Origin: an uncultured Acidimicrobiaceae bacterium
GTDB taxonomy: Bacteria; Actinomycetota; Acidimicrobiia; Acidimicrobiales; Bog-793
Assembly: GCA_963804765.1 (NCBI GenBank)
Contig: CAWDRQ010000046.1
Span: forward strand, 85,580-149,579
Length of the DNA: 64,000 nt
Direction of reading: 5' to 3'
Shown here: in pieces, positions 9,743 through 24,520 of the stretch
How the letters are laid out: each line of letters starts with the position of its first letter
Position numbering within the stretch: position 1 is the stretch's first letter
Notes under the pieces: model-generated
Database searches by the model: none
Seen by the model: only the letters and a program-made list of their open reading frames with translations
What the model was told of the DNA's origin: nothing
Position numbers and translations under genes: made by a program

Positions 9743-11252
9743 CTATCTGAGAGCGAGCTGACCTGGCACGACGGGTGCGTAGAGGTCACTGCGACCGGTC
9801 AGGTACCGGTCCACGCTTGCCGCGGCAGAGCGACCCTCGGCTATCGCCCAGACGATCAGGCTCTGGCCGCGCACCATGTCGCCGCAGGCGAACACGCCAG
9901 GCACTGATGTCGCGAAACAGTGGTCGACGGCGACGTTGCCGCGCGGGTCGAGCCCGAGCCCGAGCTCGGCTACACAACCGTTCACCTCCGGGCCGAGAAA
10001 GCCCATGGCGATCAGGACGAGATCGGCCTCGAGCTCGAAGGCGGTCCCTGGAGCGGGCACGAAGGCCGGGCGCCCGTCGAGTGTGCCGAGCTCGACGGTC
10101 TCGGCGCGAAGCGCACACACGGCGCCCGACCCGTCGTCGACAAGCTCGGTCGTACCCACCGAGAAGAGGCGCTCGCCCCCCTCCTCGTGTGCCGAGGTCG
10201 AGCGGAGGATCACCGGCCATGTCGGCCACGGGTTGTCCGGTGCTCGCGCCATGGCGGGCATCGGGAGGATCTCGAGCTGAGTGACCGAGGCGGCGCCCTG
10301 GCGGTGGACCGTCCCAAGGCAGTCGGCACCGGTGTCGCCGCCCCCGATGATCGCGACGCGCTTGCCGTTGGCACTGATCCGCGGCACCTCGAGGGCACCT
10401 TCGCAGACGAGGTTCGCCGATTTCAGGTAGTCCATGGCGAAGTGCACGCCCCGCAGCTCACGGCCGGGCACGGTGAGGTCGCGCGGCCGGGTGGAGCCTC
10501 CTGCGAGCACCACGGCGTCGAACTCGCTGTGCAGGGCGGTGGCCGAGACGATCGACGCGTCCGGCGCAGCGGCGCCGGGGACTTCCTCTGCGCGCGATGG
10601 ATCCGGCCTTCCCACCGCGACGCGCGGGCGGAACTCGGTGCCCTCCTCTTCCATCTGGGCCAAGCGCCGCTCGAGCACCGACTTCTCGAGCTTGAACTCG
10701 GGGATGCCGTAGCGAAGCAAGCCACCGATGCGCTCGGCTCGTTCGAAGACCACCACGGCGTGCCCGGCTCGGGTGAGCTGCTGGGCGGCCGCGAGGCCGG
10801 CGGGGCCAGAGCCGACGATCGCCACCTTCTTTGCAGTCCTCGTTACCACCCGGTGGGGCGCGAGCACACCCGAGCTGGCCGCCCACTCCGCGGTCTCGAG
10901 CTCTACCTGCTTGATCAACACCGGCTCGAAGGTGATCCCGAGCACGCACGAACCCTCGCACGGCGCCGGGCACAGCCTGCCGGTGAACTCCGGGAAGTTG
11001 TTGGTGGCGTGCAAGCGGTCGCTCGCCTCGGCGAACCGCCCACGCTCCACGAGGTCGTTCCATTCCGGGATCAGGTTGCCCAAGGGGCAACCCTCATGGC
11101 AGAAGGCGATGCCGCAGCTCATGCAGCGAGCAGCCTGCTCGGTGAGCTCCTCGCGCCCGAAGGGGAGATAGACCTCCCGCCAGTCCCGGATCCGGGTCTC
11201 GACCGGCCGGCGCCGGGGACCGGTGCGCTCGTAACGAAGGAATCCACGAGGG

Positions 11253-11260
<8 letters not shown>
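9743..11260 (-). CDS. gltD: glutamate synthase (NADPH) small subunit
   Basis: 505 aa. Fe-S cysteine cluster [17 protein letters not shown], GxGxxG motif [14 protein letters not shown], and overall GltD layout. Overlaps the gltB stop by 8 nt. Confidence 0.93.
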
Positions 11261-15836
<4,576 letters not shown>

Positions 15837-16047
15837 TGGCGTCCTCTTGACGATCCAAGCCCGCCGGCGACCACGTCGGTCCCGGTCGGACTGATTTCCG
15901 GCTCAGCCGTTCGGCTGTCTCACCGTCGGCTAATGGCCGGGACGCCCTTGGCCCAGCAGATGACGGCAGAGACTACACGGAATTGGAACCGCCCCCTGTA
16001 CCCGTCGGCCCACCCGAGGCCGCCGGCCGTGCTCGCCACTAGCGCCG

Positions 16048-16710
16048 TCACATTGGATCGGTGCTGATCTTCCCGGCGTCGGAGACGTGCTCGGTGAACT
16101 TGGTCCCGTCCCAGTAGCGCAGCTCGTGGCGCCCGCTCGGATCTGGGAGCCATGACCGCGGAGGAGGCGGCGGGAGCGGTGCAGGCGGTTCTGGCCCCTC
16201 GGTCCCGCCCGGCACGCCCGGCGGACCCAGCCCGGGAAACACAGTTCCAGGCGGAGGAGCGGCGTCCCAGCCCCCGGGTGGCGGCGGACCGCCGTAACCG
16301 GGCGGTGGCGACTGCCACGCGCCGGGAACCGGCGCATCCCATCCTTGAGGCGCGCCCGAGCCCCATTGGCCCGGAGGACGTTCGTTCCAGCTTTCCGGAG
16401 AACGGCCCCCGACGTCGCGCGGACCGGGGCCCCAGCGCTGGTCACCTCCGACCCAGTCGGCGGCTCCGGTCTTGGGTCGTGTGGTGAAGCACGCGATCAG
16501 GTACAGGACGACACCGATGAGCGAGAGCAGGAACAGAAGAACCGCCCACATGCCAGACGGCACTCTCCATGGAGTCACGCCCCGGGACCGCTTGTAGCGC
16601 TCCGAGAGGAAATAGACCACGGATGCCAAGATGACACCGAGCACGAAACCGTCCACCAGGGTGGTGCTGGTGTAGACGACGGTCAAGCCGACGACCCGCT
16701 CAACGTGCAC
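16048..16710 (-). CDS. DUF2510-type membrane protein with a Pro/Gly-rich linker
   Basis: C-terminal RHELRYWDGTKFTEHV motif, long PPPG/PG-rich spacer, and two hydrophobic helices near the N terminus. I chose the in-frame GTG at 16710 as the start. The 401-aa ORF extending to 17253 overlaps thiD on the other strand. Confidence 0.6.
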   Translation of the reverse strand: MHVERVVGLTVVYTSTTLVDGFVLGVILASVVYFLSERYKRSRGVTPWRVPSGMWAVLLFLLSLIGVVLYLIACFTTRPKTGAADWVGGDQRWGPGPRDVGGRSPESWNERPPGQWGSGAPQGWDAPVPGAWQSPPPGYGGPPPPGGWDAAPPPGTVFPGLGPPGVPGGTEGPEPPAPLPPPPPRSWLPDPSGRHELRYWDGTKFTEHVSDAGKISTDPM

Positions 16711-16872
16711 ACATCGAGCGTAACCGCCTGTCGCACCGCTGCGGCGAACATGTGCGCCAAGACAGGAGCCCGGTACCAAGTCTGTGCCCGCTCGGACCCG
16801 CAATGCTCGGAGATCCTCGGGACCCAGGCGCGCCAAGGCCCGCGCCCTTGATCCCGCCATAGGATCGCCAGC

Positions 16873-17728
16873 GTGACCCATCACGCCCCGGCTGTTGCTG
16901 CAGAGACGAGCTCGACCCCGAAGGTGGCCCTCACCATCGCCGGAAGCGACTCGGGCGGCGGCGCAGGCCTCGCTGCCGACCTGCGCACCTTCTGTGCCCT
17001 GGGCGTGTTCGGAACGCTGGTGGTGACAGCGGTCACTGCCCAGAACACGGTGGGTGTACGCGGAATTCCTTGCGATGACACCCGCGATGGTGGCGGCGCA
17101 ACTTGACGCCGTTCTTTCCGACATGCCGGTGCGCGCCGCCAAGACGGGGATGCTGGCCACTTCCGGCACCGTGAGCCTGCTGGCGAGCCGGGGCGCTGCC
17201 GGGAAGCTCCCACGGCTGGTCGTCGACCCGGTGCTCGTCTCCTCGAGCGGCAAGCCGATGTTCTCCGGTGACGACGTGGCCGGCGCTTATCGGAGCCTGT
17301 TCCGCTATGCCGCCGTCGTGACGCCCAACCTGCCTGAGGCCGCGCTGCTGACCGGCCGCCAGGTCGCCGACCTCGGGGCCATGGAGGCAGCCGCCCGCGA
17401 GCTGCAGGCTCTCGGGCCGCAGCTCGTGATCGTCAAGGGTGGCCGCCGACGCGATGCCGAGGCCGTCGACGTCGCGTTCGACGGACGTTGCGTTACGTTG
17501 CTTCGGGCCCCCTGGATCGACACGGCGAACGTCCATGGCACGGGTTGCACGTTCTCGGCGGCGATCGCCGCCAACCTAGCCATCGGCCTGGAGCCCCTCG
17601 AGGCCGCGCTCGAGGCCAAGAAGTTTGTCACTCGGGCGATCCTCGGGGGCTCGCAGTGGCACCTCGGTGCCGGCCACGGGCCTCTCGATCAGCTCGGAGC
17701 GGCTATCGGGCGGGCCAGGACCGGCTGA
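16873..17728 (+). pseudogene. thiD: hydroxymethylpyrimidine/phosphomethylpyrimidine kinase, split by a net +1 frameshift near 17057-17070
   Basis: ORF 16873..17106 reads [49 protein letters not shown] 17054..17728 continues ...[29 protein letters not shown]...HGTGCTFSAAIAA. Together they make one ThiD. Length 856 nt, which is 1 mod 3. Confidence 0.85.
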
Positions 17729-17782
17729 GGCCGACCGGGTTCCCCCGAGGTCCCTCAGGGCTGCTCAGGTGGCCTCGTCGGC

Positions 17783-19039
17783 TCAGAGCTGCTCTGGTGC
17801 GCCGTAGGCGTGGAGCACCTCAGGCACGGCCACGTGGCCGGCCTCGTCCTGGTTGGCCTCGAGCAGGGCGATCAGGAACCTGGCCGTCATGGCGGTCCCG
17901 TTCAAAGTGTGCACGAACCGGAGCGCCCCGTTCCCGTCACGGAATCGGACGTTCAGCCGCCGAGCCTGATAGTCGGTCGTGTTCGAACAGGAGGTGATCT
18001 CCCGGTACCGCTCCTGGCTCGGGATCCAAGCCTCGACGTCGTACTTCTTGGCGGCGGACGGCCCAAGGTCGCCTGCGGCCGTGACCACGACCCGGTAGGC
18101 GATTCCGAGGCCTCTCACGATTTCCTCCTCGATCGCAAGGATCTCCTCGTGGTGCTCGCGGGAACGCTCGGGATGAGTGAAGAAGAACATTTCCACCTTG
18201 TCGAACTGGTGCACTCGGAAGATGCCCCGGGTGTCGCGCCCAGCTGCGCCCGCCTCGCGCCTGAAGCAAGTGGAGTAACCCGCGTAGCGCAGCGGGAGCT
18301 CCTCCGCGGGAAGGACCTCACCCAGGTGAAGCGCGGCGAGGGCGACCTCGGAGGTTCCTGTCAGATACAGCCCGTCGCTGGCGACCTGGTAGAGATTGAC
18401 CTCGTCGGTCGGCAAGAAGCCCGTGCCGTACATCGCGGACTCCCGCACCAGCACCGGCGGGAGGACAGGTTCGAAGCCGCGTGCCACCAGCCGATCGAGG
18501 GCATATCTGTACAGGGCCAGCTCCACGAGCGCTACAGCACCCCTCCTGTAGGCAAACCGAGCACCTGCGACCCTCGCCCCGCGTTCCAGGTCGAATCCGG
18601 GCCGCCCCAGGCCATCGCCACCGAAGGAGCCCGGCGTCAAGCTCAGCTCGACGTGGTCGCGTGGCGTGAAAGAGAACTCGGGCGCCGTGCCAACCCTGCG
18701 CAGCTCCAACGCGTCCTCGTCGGCGCAGCCGTCGGGAACCGAGTCGTCGGGCGGGTTCGGCAGTGCCGCGAGCAGATCCGAACGGCGCCGATCGATCTCC
18801 TCGAGCCTGGTCTCCGCCCGACGCAGCTCTTCGCTCACGGCCACAAGGGCTACCCGCTCTTCTTCGGTCGGCTTGCCCTTGGGTCGGGTCCGCCTGCGGA
18901 GCTCGTCGACCTCGGTGGTCAGGTCCCGCCAGAGCTCGTCGACCGTCAACAAGTTCTCGAAGTCCGCGCCAGCGCCCTTTCGAGCCAGGGTCCGCCGGAA
19001 CTCGTCTGGGTGTTCTCGTGCCAGCCGGATATCGATCAT
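17783..19039 (-). CDS. serS: serine--tRNA ligase
   Basis: MIDIRLAREHPDEF... N-terminal coiled-coil arm, then class II core motifs (YLTGTSEVAL, FRRE, GNGALRFVHTLNGT). ATG at 19039 is in frame. The longer ORF reaching 19225 overlaps secF. Confidence 0.92.
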   Translation of the reverse strand: MIDIRLAREHPDEFRRTLARKGAGADFENLLTVDELWRDLTTEVDELRRRTRPKGKPTEEERVALVAVSEELRRAETRLEEIDRRRSDLLAALPNPPDDSVPDGCADEDALELRRVGTAPEFSFTPRDHVELSLTPGSFGGDGLGRPGFDLERGARVAGARFAYRRGAVALVELALYRYALDRLVARGFEPVLPPVLVRESAMYGTGFLPTDEVNLYQVASDGLYLTGTSEVALAALHLGEVLPAEELPLRYAGYSTCFRREAGAAGRDTRGIFRVHQFDKVEMFFFTHPERSREHHEEILAIEEEIVRGLGIAYRVVVTAAGDLGPSAAKKYDVEAWIPSQERYREITSCSNTTDYQARRLNVRFRDGNGALRFVHTLNGTAMTARFLIALLEANQDEAGHVAVPEVLHAYGAPEQL

Positions 19040-19115
19040 TGGCCAGCAGCCTAGGGGTACTGCCGCACCCGGCTTGGGATCTTCCCGGTGATGGCGATAT
19101 GGCCTCGCACGGCAG

Positions 19116-20480
19116 CTACCGGCGCTTGCCCTTCTTGCGGGGCCGTGGCGGTGGGCGGCGTGCCGGCGTGCCCGGGCGAGGTACTCCAGCAGATGGCCTG
19201 GCCACTCCTCCGCCAGCGGGCGCACCGGTCGCCCGCGCTCTTTGTGCCCCGCCCTCTCGGTTGCCCGTGTCAGCGCCGTGTTCGTCCAACGCTTCCTCGT
19301 TCACGACAGCAGCGGAGCTGCCCCGGGTCGCGCCGGGACGCAAAGTCGCCGGCCTGGCCGCAACGACGCTCGACGCGCGCCGGCGCCTGACCGAGGTCGC
19401 CGCCTCGGCAGTGCTCAAGGCGCCTGCCGCGACGGCAGCGGGCGAGATCAAGAGCATTGCGCTCCCCCGCGATTCGAGGCGCTCGCGAATACGCCGGTAA
19501 CGCTCTTCGTGTTCCTTCAGCATCGCGAGCAGCGGCGACGCGATGAAGATCGACGAGTAGGCCCCGCTCGTGAGGCCGATCAACAGGGCCAGGCCGAAGT
19601 ACTCGAGTGTGACGGCGCCGAGTATCTCGGCGCCGAGGACAAGCACCGCAAGAATGGGAAGGATCGCGACGAGCGAGGTATTGATCGACCGGGCGAGCGT
19701 CTGGTTCATCGAGAGATTCACGACGTCGGTGTACGACAACTTCCCGGTCGCGCCGAGGCCACGCGAGTTGTCGCGCACGCGGTCGAATACCACGATCGTG
19801 TCGTACAGCGAGTAGCCGAGGACCGTAAGGAACGCCACGACGGTGTCCGGCGTCACGAGGAATGACAGCAGGGAGTAGATCCCAATCGTGACGAGGATGT
19901 CGTGGGCGACCGCGACGATCGCGGCGACGGCCATCTTCCACTCGAAGAAGATCGAGATGTAAGCCGAGATCACGATGAGGAACACGATCAGCGCTTCGAC
20001 CGCTTTGTGGGTGATGTCACTCCCCCAGGTCGGTCCGACGTTCTCGACCGAGACCGACGAAGCCGACTTGTGTGACAGCCCGGCGAGGACTCCAGCGACC
20101 TTGGTCGCCTCCTGGGTGGTAACGCCGCTCGCGTTCTTGGCGAGCTTCGCCTCGACGTCCAGGCTCTGCTTGCTCCCGCTCCCGAGCAGGGTGATCGTCG
20201 CGCCTCCGAAGCCGAGCGGAGTCAGTGCTTTCTGCGCCTGTGCCACCGTGACACCCGGAGCCGCGACCTGCCATGAGGTGCCCCCCACGAACTCGATGCT
20301 GTAGTTGAGGCCCCTCACGCCGAGCGAGGCGAGGCCCGCGATGATCACGATCGCGGAGGCGGCGAACCACCATCTCCGCCTGCGGACGAAGTCGAAGCGA
20401 GTCTGTCCGTGGTACAGGCGGAGGAGCACCATGGGCCTGCGAGCCTCGGCACCGCCAAGTTCGATCGAAGCGGTGCTCAT
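19116..20480 (-). CDS. secF: protein translocase subunit SecF with a ~100-aa Arg/Ala/Pro-rich C-terminal tail
   Basis: FDFVRRRRWWFAASAIVIIAGL...IEFVGGTSWQV and six TM segments. The start overlaps the secD stop (20477-20480). Confidence 0.9.
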   Translation of the reverse strand: MSTASIELGGAEARRPMVLLRLYHGQTRFDFVRRRRWWFAASAIVIIAGLASLGVRGLNYSIEFVGGTSWQVAAPGVTVAQAQKALTPLGFGGATITLLGSGSKQSLDVEAKLAKNASGVTTQEATKVAGVLAGLSHKSASSVSVENVGPTWGSDITHKAVEALIVFLIVISAYISIFFEWKMAVAAIVAVAHDILVTIGIYSLLSFLVTPDTVVAFLTVLGYSLYDTIVVFDRVRDNSRGLGATGKLSYTDVVNLSMNQTLARSINTSLVAILPILAVLVLGAEILGAVTLEYFGLALLIGLTSGAYSSIFIASPLLAMLKEHEERYRRIRERLESRGSAMLLISPAAVAAGALSTAEAATSVRRRRASSVVAARPATLRPGATRGSSAAVVNEEALDEHGADTGNREGGAQRARATGAPAGGGVARPSAGVPRPGTPARRPPPRPRKKGKRR

Positions 20481-22120
20481 GATCCGGCCTCCGAGGCTGC
20501 GGCCAGGCCGCTCGCGACACCGAAACCCCGGGCATTGGTGAACAGCCGGTTGCGGCCCAGGAGGATCACGAGGGGACGTGTGAACGTGTAGGCGGTGATG
20601 ACGTCAACGATGGTGGACAACCCGAGCATGAACGCGAAGCCCCGCACCGCGCCGATCGACAACAGCCAGAGCACGAGTGCGCCGAGGAATGACACTGCGT
20701 CGGCGGAAAGGATCGTGCGGTAGGCGCTCTTGAAGCCCCGGTCCACCGAGGACCGGATCGACCGGCCCGCACGCACTTCGTCCTTTAATCGCTCGAAATA
20801 GACGACATAGGAGTCGACAGTGATCCCGACCGAGACGATCAGGCCTGTCATGCCGGACAGGTCCAGCGTGAGGCCTGCTGACGTCGCTCCGAGGAGGCAG
20901 ATGATCGCGTAGATGAGAGCGCCGGTGCTAATCAGGCCCAGCACGACAACGACACCGAGGGCCCTGTAGTAGAAGATCGTGTAGAACATCACGAGGAGCA
21001 ACCCGAGCAGGCCCGCGAGCAGGCCGGCCTGCAGCGACTTCTTCCCGAGGGTCGGCGACACCGTGGTGTAGGTGGCCTGGGTGAGCGCGATCGGGATCTG
21101 GCCGTACTTGAGGACAAGGGCGAGCGCCTGCGCCTGCGGCTGGGTGAAGTTGCCGCTGATCTCGCCAGAACCGCCGAAGCTCTGGGCGTTGATGGTCGGC
21201 GCGGATTCGACCACGCCGCCGAGGTCGATCGCGAGCGGGAGGTGATACTCCTTCTTGGCGATCGTGTCGAAGAAGGCGGAGTACTGCGACTTGATGGTGA
21301 AGTTCACGACCCAGCCCGCGGTCGTCTGCAGCTCGGCGGTCGCCGAAGCGAGGATCTCGCCGGTGGCAGGCACCGTCCCGTCATAAGGAGTCGGGCCGAG
21401 CTCGTAACGTGCCGGGCAAGGGGTCAACGTGGACGCACAGATGAGCACGACCCGCGACGCCTTGTCCTGGCTCGGTGGCGTCGTCGGGGCCGAGTTCAGC
21501 GCCGGATCGGGCGCCGACCCCGGGTTCGACGAGCTGGATGTGCTGTAGGTGCCCGTCGTATAGAGGTACGCCGCGCCGCACGGGGGCGGCTTGACGTACG
21601 CAGCGGCGGTCTTCTTCGGCTTGGGCACCGTTGTCGTGGTCGTCGACGCCGCGGTCGTGGTAGTTGCCTTCGGTGCCGTGGTGGTCGTGTGCGCCCTTGT
21701 CGTCGTGGTCGTCTTCGGCGCCGTCGTAGTAGTGGTGGTGGTCCTCTTGGTTGGACTGGGGGGCGTGTAGGCGTTGGCCGCGCAAAGGACCGGGCGGAAG
21801 AACAGTTGCGCCGTGTTTCCGATCTCCTTGATGACTGTGGAGAAATTCTTCACGCCTGGGAGCTGCACGACGATGTTGCTGCCCTGGGTCCCGATGTTCG
21901 GGCTCGCAAGGCCGAGCCCGTTTGCACGTGCCTGCATGATGCCCACGACAGTCTGCAACTGTGACGGCGTCGCCTTCTGGGCCGGCTGGAAGACCACCGA
22001 GAGGCCGCCCTCGAGGTCAAGGCCAAGCTTGGGAGACCATCCCGCCGCGATGACGCCTCCGAGCGCGCCGAAGCAGACGAGGCACACCAGAACAACGCTC
22101 AAGAGCAAGTTGCGTCTCAA
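20477..22120 (-). CDS. secD: protein translocase subunit SecD with a Thr-rich insert
   Basis: GLDLEGGLSVVFQP and a C-terminal six-TM SecD core (TLDLSGMTGLIVSVGITVDSYVVYFERLKDE). An insert of about 48 aa (RTTTTTTTAPKTTTTTRAHTTTTAPKATTTTAASTTTTTVPKPKK) sits in the first periplasmic domain. Confidence 0.9.
   Translation of the reverse strand: MRRNLLLSVVLVCLVCFGALGGVIAAGWSPKLGLDLEGGLSVVFQPAQKATPSQLQTVVGIMQARANGLGLASPNIGTQGSNIVVQLPGVKNFSTVIKEIGNTAQLFFRPVLCAANAYTPPSPTKRTTTTTTTAPKTTTTTRAHTTTTAPKATTTTAASTTTTTVPKPKKTAAAYVKPPPCGAAYLYTTGTYSTSSSSNPGSAPDPALNSAPTTPPSQDKASRVVLICASTLTPCPARYELGPTPYDGTVPATGEILASATAELQTTAGWVVNFTIKSQYSAFFDTIAKKEYHLPLAIDLGGVVESAPTINAQSFGGSGEISGNFTQPQAQALALVLKYGQIPIALTQATYTTVSPTLGKKSLQAGLLAGLLGLLLVMFYTIFYYRALGVVVVLGLISTGALIYAIICLLGATSAGLTLDLSGMTGLIVSVGITVDSYVVYFERLKDEVRAGRSIRSSVDRGFKSAYRTILSADAVSFLGALVLWLLSIGAVRGFAFMLGLSTIVDVITAYTFTRPLVILLGRNRLFTNARGFGVASGLAAASEAGS
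21611..21760 (-). repeat. imperfect Thr-codon (ACC/ACG/ACT) low-complexity tract inside secD
   Basis: The plus strand reads runs of GGT/CGT/AGT triplets (gtcgtggtcgtc..., gtagtagtggtggtggtc). These translate on the minus strand to poly-Thr blocks separated by AP/K residues. Confidence 0.8.
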
Positions 22121-22656
22121 CGGTTGTCGCTTCCTCTCCCACTGCCGCCGGGATGGTCCCCATCGGCGTCGTCACCTGGCTTGGGCGTCTTGTCGGCTTC
22201 GAGAGGCGGCACCGAGTACGGGTCGTAGTCGGAGTCGTCGACCAGGTCGTCGTGGTCGCGCTCGTCAAACGAGACGTGGCCCGCTAGATCGCCGGCGCCG
22301 TCAGCTGCCTCCTCAACGCGCTGGGACACCGCCGCGCGCAGGACCTCGATGACCGTCCCGGGGGCAATTTCGATCCTCGCGTGATCGCCCACGAACCCCT
22401 CGACCCGGCCGAGGATGCCCGAGGAGAGCATCACCTTGTCGCCGACCGAGACCTGCTTGCCGAGCTGTACCTGGCGCTGGCGGCGCTGACGCTGTGGCCG
22501 GATGAGGAACATGTAGCCGACGCCGAACAGCAAGACGAAGAAAATCAGCGTGAAAGAGCCGCTGGACTTCTTGGCGGCGGTAGCAGCCAGAGCTGAGCCC
22601 GTAAGGGCCGCCAGATTGTGGATACCGGAAAAGGCGAGCACGTGGACGAGGAACAT
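22117..22656 (-). CDS. yajC: preprotein translocase subunit YajC with an acidic C-terminal extension
   Basis: YMFLIRPQRQRRQRQ...GDKVMLSSGILGRVEG...IEIAPG core. ATG at 22656; an alternative TTG at 22674 is the ORF-track start. Confidence 0.85.
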   Translation of the reverse strand: MFLVHVLAFSGIHNLAALTGSALAATAAKKSSGSFTLIFFVLLFGVGYMFLIRPQRQRRQRQVQLGKQVSVGDKVMLSSGILGRVEGFVGDHARIEIAPGTVIEVLRAAVSQRVEEAADGAGDLAGHVSFDERDHDDLVDDSDYDPYSVPPLEADKTPKPGDDADGDHPGGSGRGSDNR

Positions 22657-22725
22657 GGGAGACCTACCGATCAAGGAATGATGCGAGGCATCACCTTAGT
22701 CGCCCGATCCGGGCTCCTCCGGAAA

Positions 22726-23898
22726 TCAGTCCTCCTCGGACACCGCACCGAACAGGACGTCTTGAACAACGTCCCTCCTCGGGGCCCCATCTGACGAGGC
22801 CGCCGCCGGGTGACCGGGATCGCCGGGCGACAAGAAGCTCGATAATTGGGCCGGGATCGGAAGGCCCAGATGCTCGTAGGCATTCGGTCCGGCGACCCTT
22901 CCTCGCGGCGTTCGCATGATGAGGCCTGCCTGCAAGAGGAACGGTTCGTAGACGTCCTCTACCGTCTCGGGTTCCTCCCCGACGCTGACTGCCAACGTCG
23001 AGAGCCCGACGGGGCGACCGGCGAAGCGGACGCAGAGGATGTCGAGGATCTTCCGGTCGAGGCTGTCCAGCCCGAGCTGGTCCACTCCGAACACCGTCAG
23101 GCCTTTGCGCGCCGCCTCCTCGGTGATCACTCCCTCGCCGCGAACTTCGACGAAATCGCGGACACGGCGGAGCAGGCGGATCGCAAGGCGTGGCGTCCCA
23201 CGCGATCGGCGCGCTATCTCACTGGCTCCCGCGGGCGTCAGCTCGACTCCGAAGAGCACGCCGGTGCGGCGCACGATCTCCTCGAGTTCGGCGTCGCTGT
23301 AGAGCTCGAGTCGCGCCACGATGCCGAACCGGTCGCGGAGGGGCCCGGTGATCAGGCCCGTGCGGGTCGTCGCGCCCACGAGAGTGAATTTCGGCAGGTC
23401 CAGCCGGATCGAGCGGGCGGTCGGTCCGCGACCGAGGACGATGTCGAGCTGGAAGTCCTCCATCGCCGGGTAGAGCAGCTCCTCGACCGCCCGGCCCATA
23501 CGGTGGATCTCATCGATGAAGAGCACGTCGCCGCGCTGGAGATCGGTCAAGATGGCCGCAACGTCACCACTTCGCACGAGTGCCGGCCCTGAGGTTATGC
23601 GCAGGCCCGCACCCATCTCGCAAGCCATGATGCCTGCCAGCGTGGTCTTGCCGAGCCCCGGTGGCCCTGCAAACAGCACGTGGTCGACCGGTTGGTCACG
23701 CCGTCGCGCAGCCTCGAGGATGATCTCGAGCTTTTCTCGCAACAGGTGCTGACCCACGAAGTCGGCGAGGCGCTTCGGACGGATCCCGACTTCGAACGCT
23801 CTGTCATCCTCCAACGAGCCGAGGTCGAGCCGCGACCCGCCTGCGTCCCTGGCGACGGGAGGATCGGGATCGGCGAGGATCTCTCGGCGAGGACTCAT
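22726..23898 (-). CDS. ruvB: Holliday junction branch migration DNA helicase RuvB
   Basis: IRPKRLADFVGQ, Walker A GPPGLGKTTLA, Walker B LFIDEIHR, and a C-terminal winged helix. Confidence 0.95.
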   Translation of the reverse strand: MSPRREILADPDPPVARDAGGSRLDLGSLEDDRAFEVGIRPKRLADFVGQHLLREKLEIILEAARRRDQPVDHVLFAGPPGLGKTTLAGIMACEMGAGLRITSGPALVRSGDVAAILTDLQRGDVLFIDEIHRMGRAVEELLYPAMEDFQLDIVLGRGPTARSIRLDLPKFTLVGATTRTGLITGPLRDRFGIVARLELYSDAELEEIVRRTGVLFGVELTPAGASEIARRSRGTPRLAIRLLRRVRDFVEVRGEGVITEEAARKGLTVFGVDQLGLDSLDRKILDILCVRFAGRPVGLSTLAVSVGEEPETVEDVYEPFLLQAGLIMRTPRGRVAGPNAYEHLGLPIPAQLSSFLSPGDPGHPAAASSDGAPRRDVVQDVLFGAVSEED

Positions 23899-23905
23899 CG
23901 ACAGC

Positions 23906-24520
23906 TCATCTCCGCGACGCGAGGCTCCGCAGGGCCAGACGCAGGAGTTCCTCGATGCTCCCCTCGTCAGGCAACGCGCGGATCGCCGTCCTCACTTCGT
24001 CGGGGGCGTAACCGAGCTGGGCGAGTGCCTCGCCGACCTCGGAAGCAACCGACGGCGGCCGGTCGGACTGCTCGGTGCCGGTCCCGACCATCTCGCCGGC
24101 GCTGAGATAGTCAAAGCGCGCCTGCAGTTCCAAGAGCAGCCGCGCCGCGGTCTTCTGCCCGACGCCGGGAACCAACTTCAAGGCCTCGACGTTGCCGTTG
24201 GCGATGACTCGGGCAAGCTCGGCCGGGTGGTAGATGCTCAAGATCGCGAGCGCCAGCCCTGGGCCGACACCATGTGCGCCCAAGAGCATCTCGAAGGCCG
24301 TTCGCTCCTCGGCCGAGGCAAACCCGTAAAGCGTGACGGCACTCTCGCGGACGTGGGTGTGGACTGCGAGAAAGGCCTCATGCCCCAGCTGCAAGCCGCT
24401 TGCGGTCCGTGGGGCGACAACCAGCCGGTACCCGACGCCGCCAACGTCCACGACGAGCTCGACGGACGCATCGCCGGTCGCCCTCCGCTCTGTCACCAGA
24501 CCGCGTAGCGACGCGATCAC
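23906..24520 (-). CDS. ruvA: Holliday junction branch migration complex subunit RuvA
   Basis: VIASLRGLV...VDVGGVGYRL...LYGF...LLGAHGVGPGLALAILS...LVPGVGQKTAARLLLEL. GTG at 24520 overlaps the ruvC stop (GTGA). The 484-aa ORF extension upstream is out-of-frame overprinting of ruvC. Confidence 0.9.
   Translation of the reverse strand: MIASLRGLVTERRATGDASVELVVDVGGVGYRLVVAPRTASGLQLGHEAFLAVHTHVRESAVTLYGFASAEERTAFEMLLGAHGVGPGLALAILSIYHPAELARVIANGNVEALKLVPGVGQKTAARLLLELQARFDYLSAGEMVGTGTEQSDRPPSVASEVGEALAQLGYAPDEVRTAIRALPDEGSIEELLRLALRSLASRR

Noticed and set aside
15837-16047. 210-nt gltB leader. I looked for a GlnR-type box (GTnAC-N6-GAAAC) or a structured RNA, and noted CTACAC-GGAATT-GGAAC and a small CAGCC-GTTC-GGCTG hairpin.
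   Set aside because: The match to the GlnR consensus is poor (only the GGAAC half is close), and the hairpin has just 5 bp. There is not enough to call a site without a matrix scan or comparative alignment.
16711-16872. Possible TPP (thiamine pyrophosphate) riboswitch upstream of thiD; fragments such as CCCTTGA, GGAT and GCCAGCG resemble parts of the aptamer.
   Set aside because: The defining CUGAGA box and the ACCUGAUC...GG...CC pairing partners are not present. GCCAG has no complementary CTGGC upstream, so the P4/P5 helices cannot form. A covariance-model scan (Rfam RF00059) would settle it.
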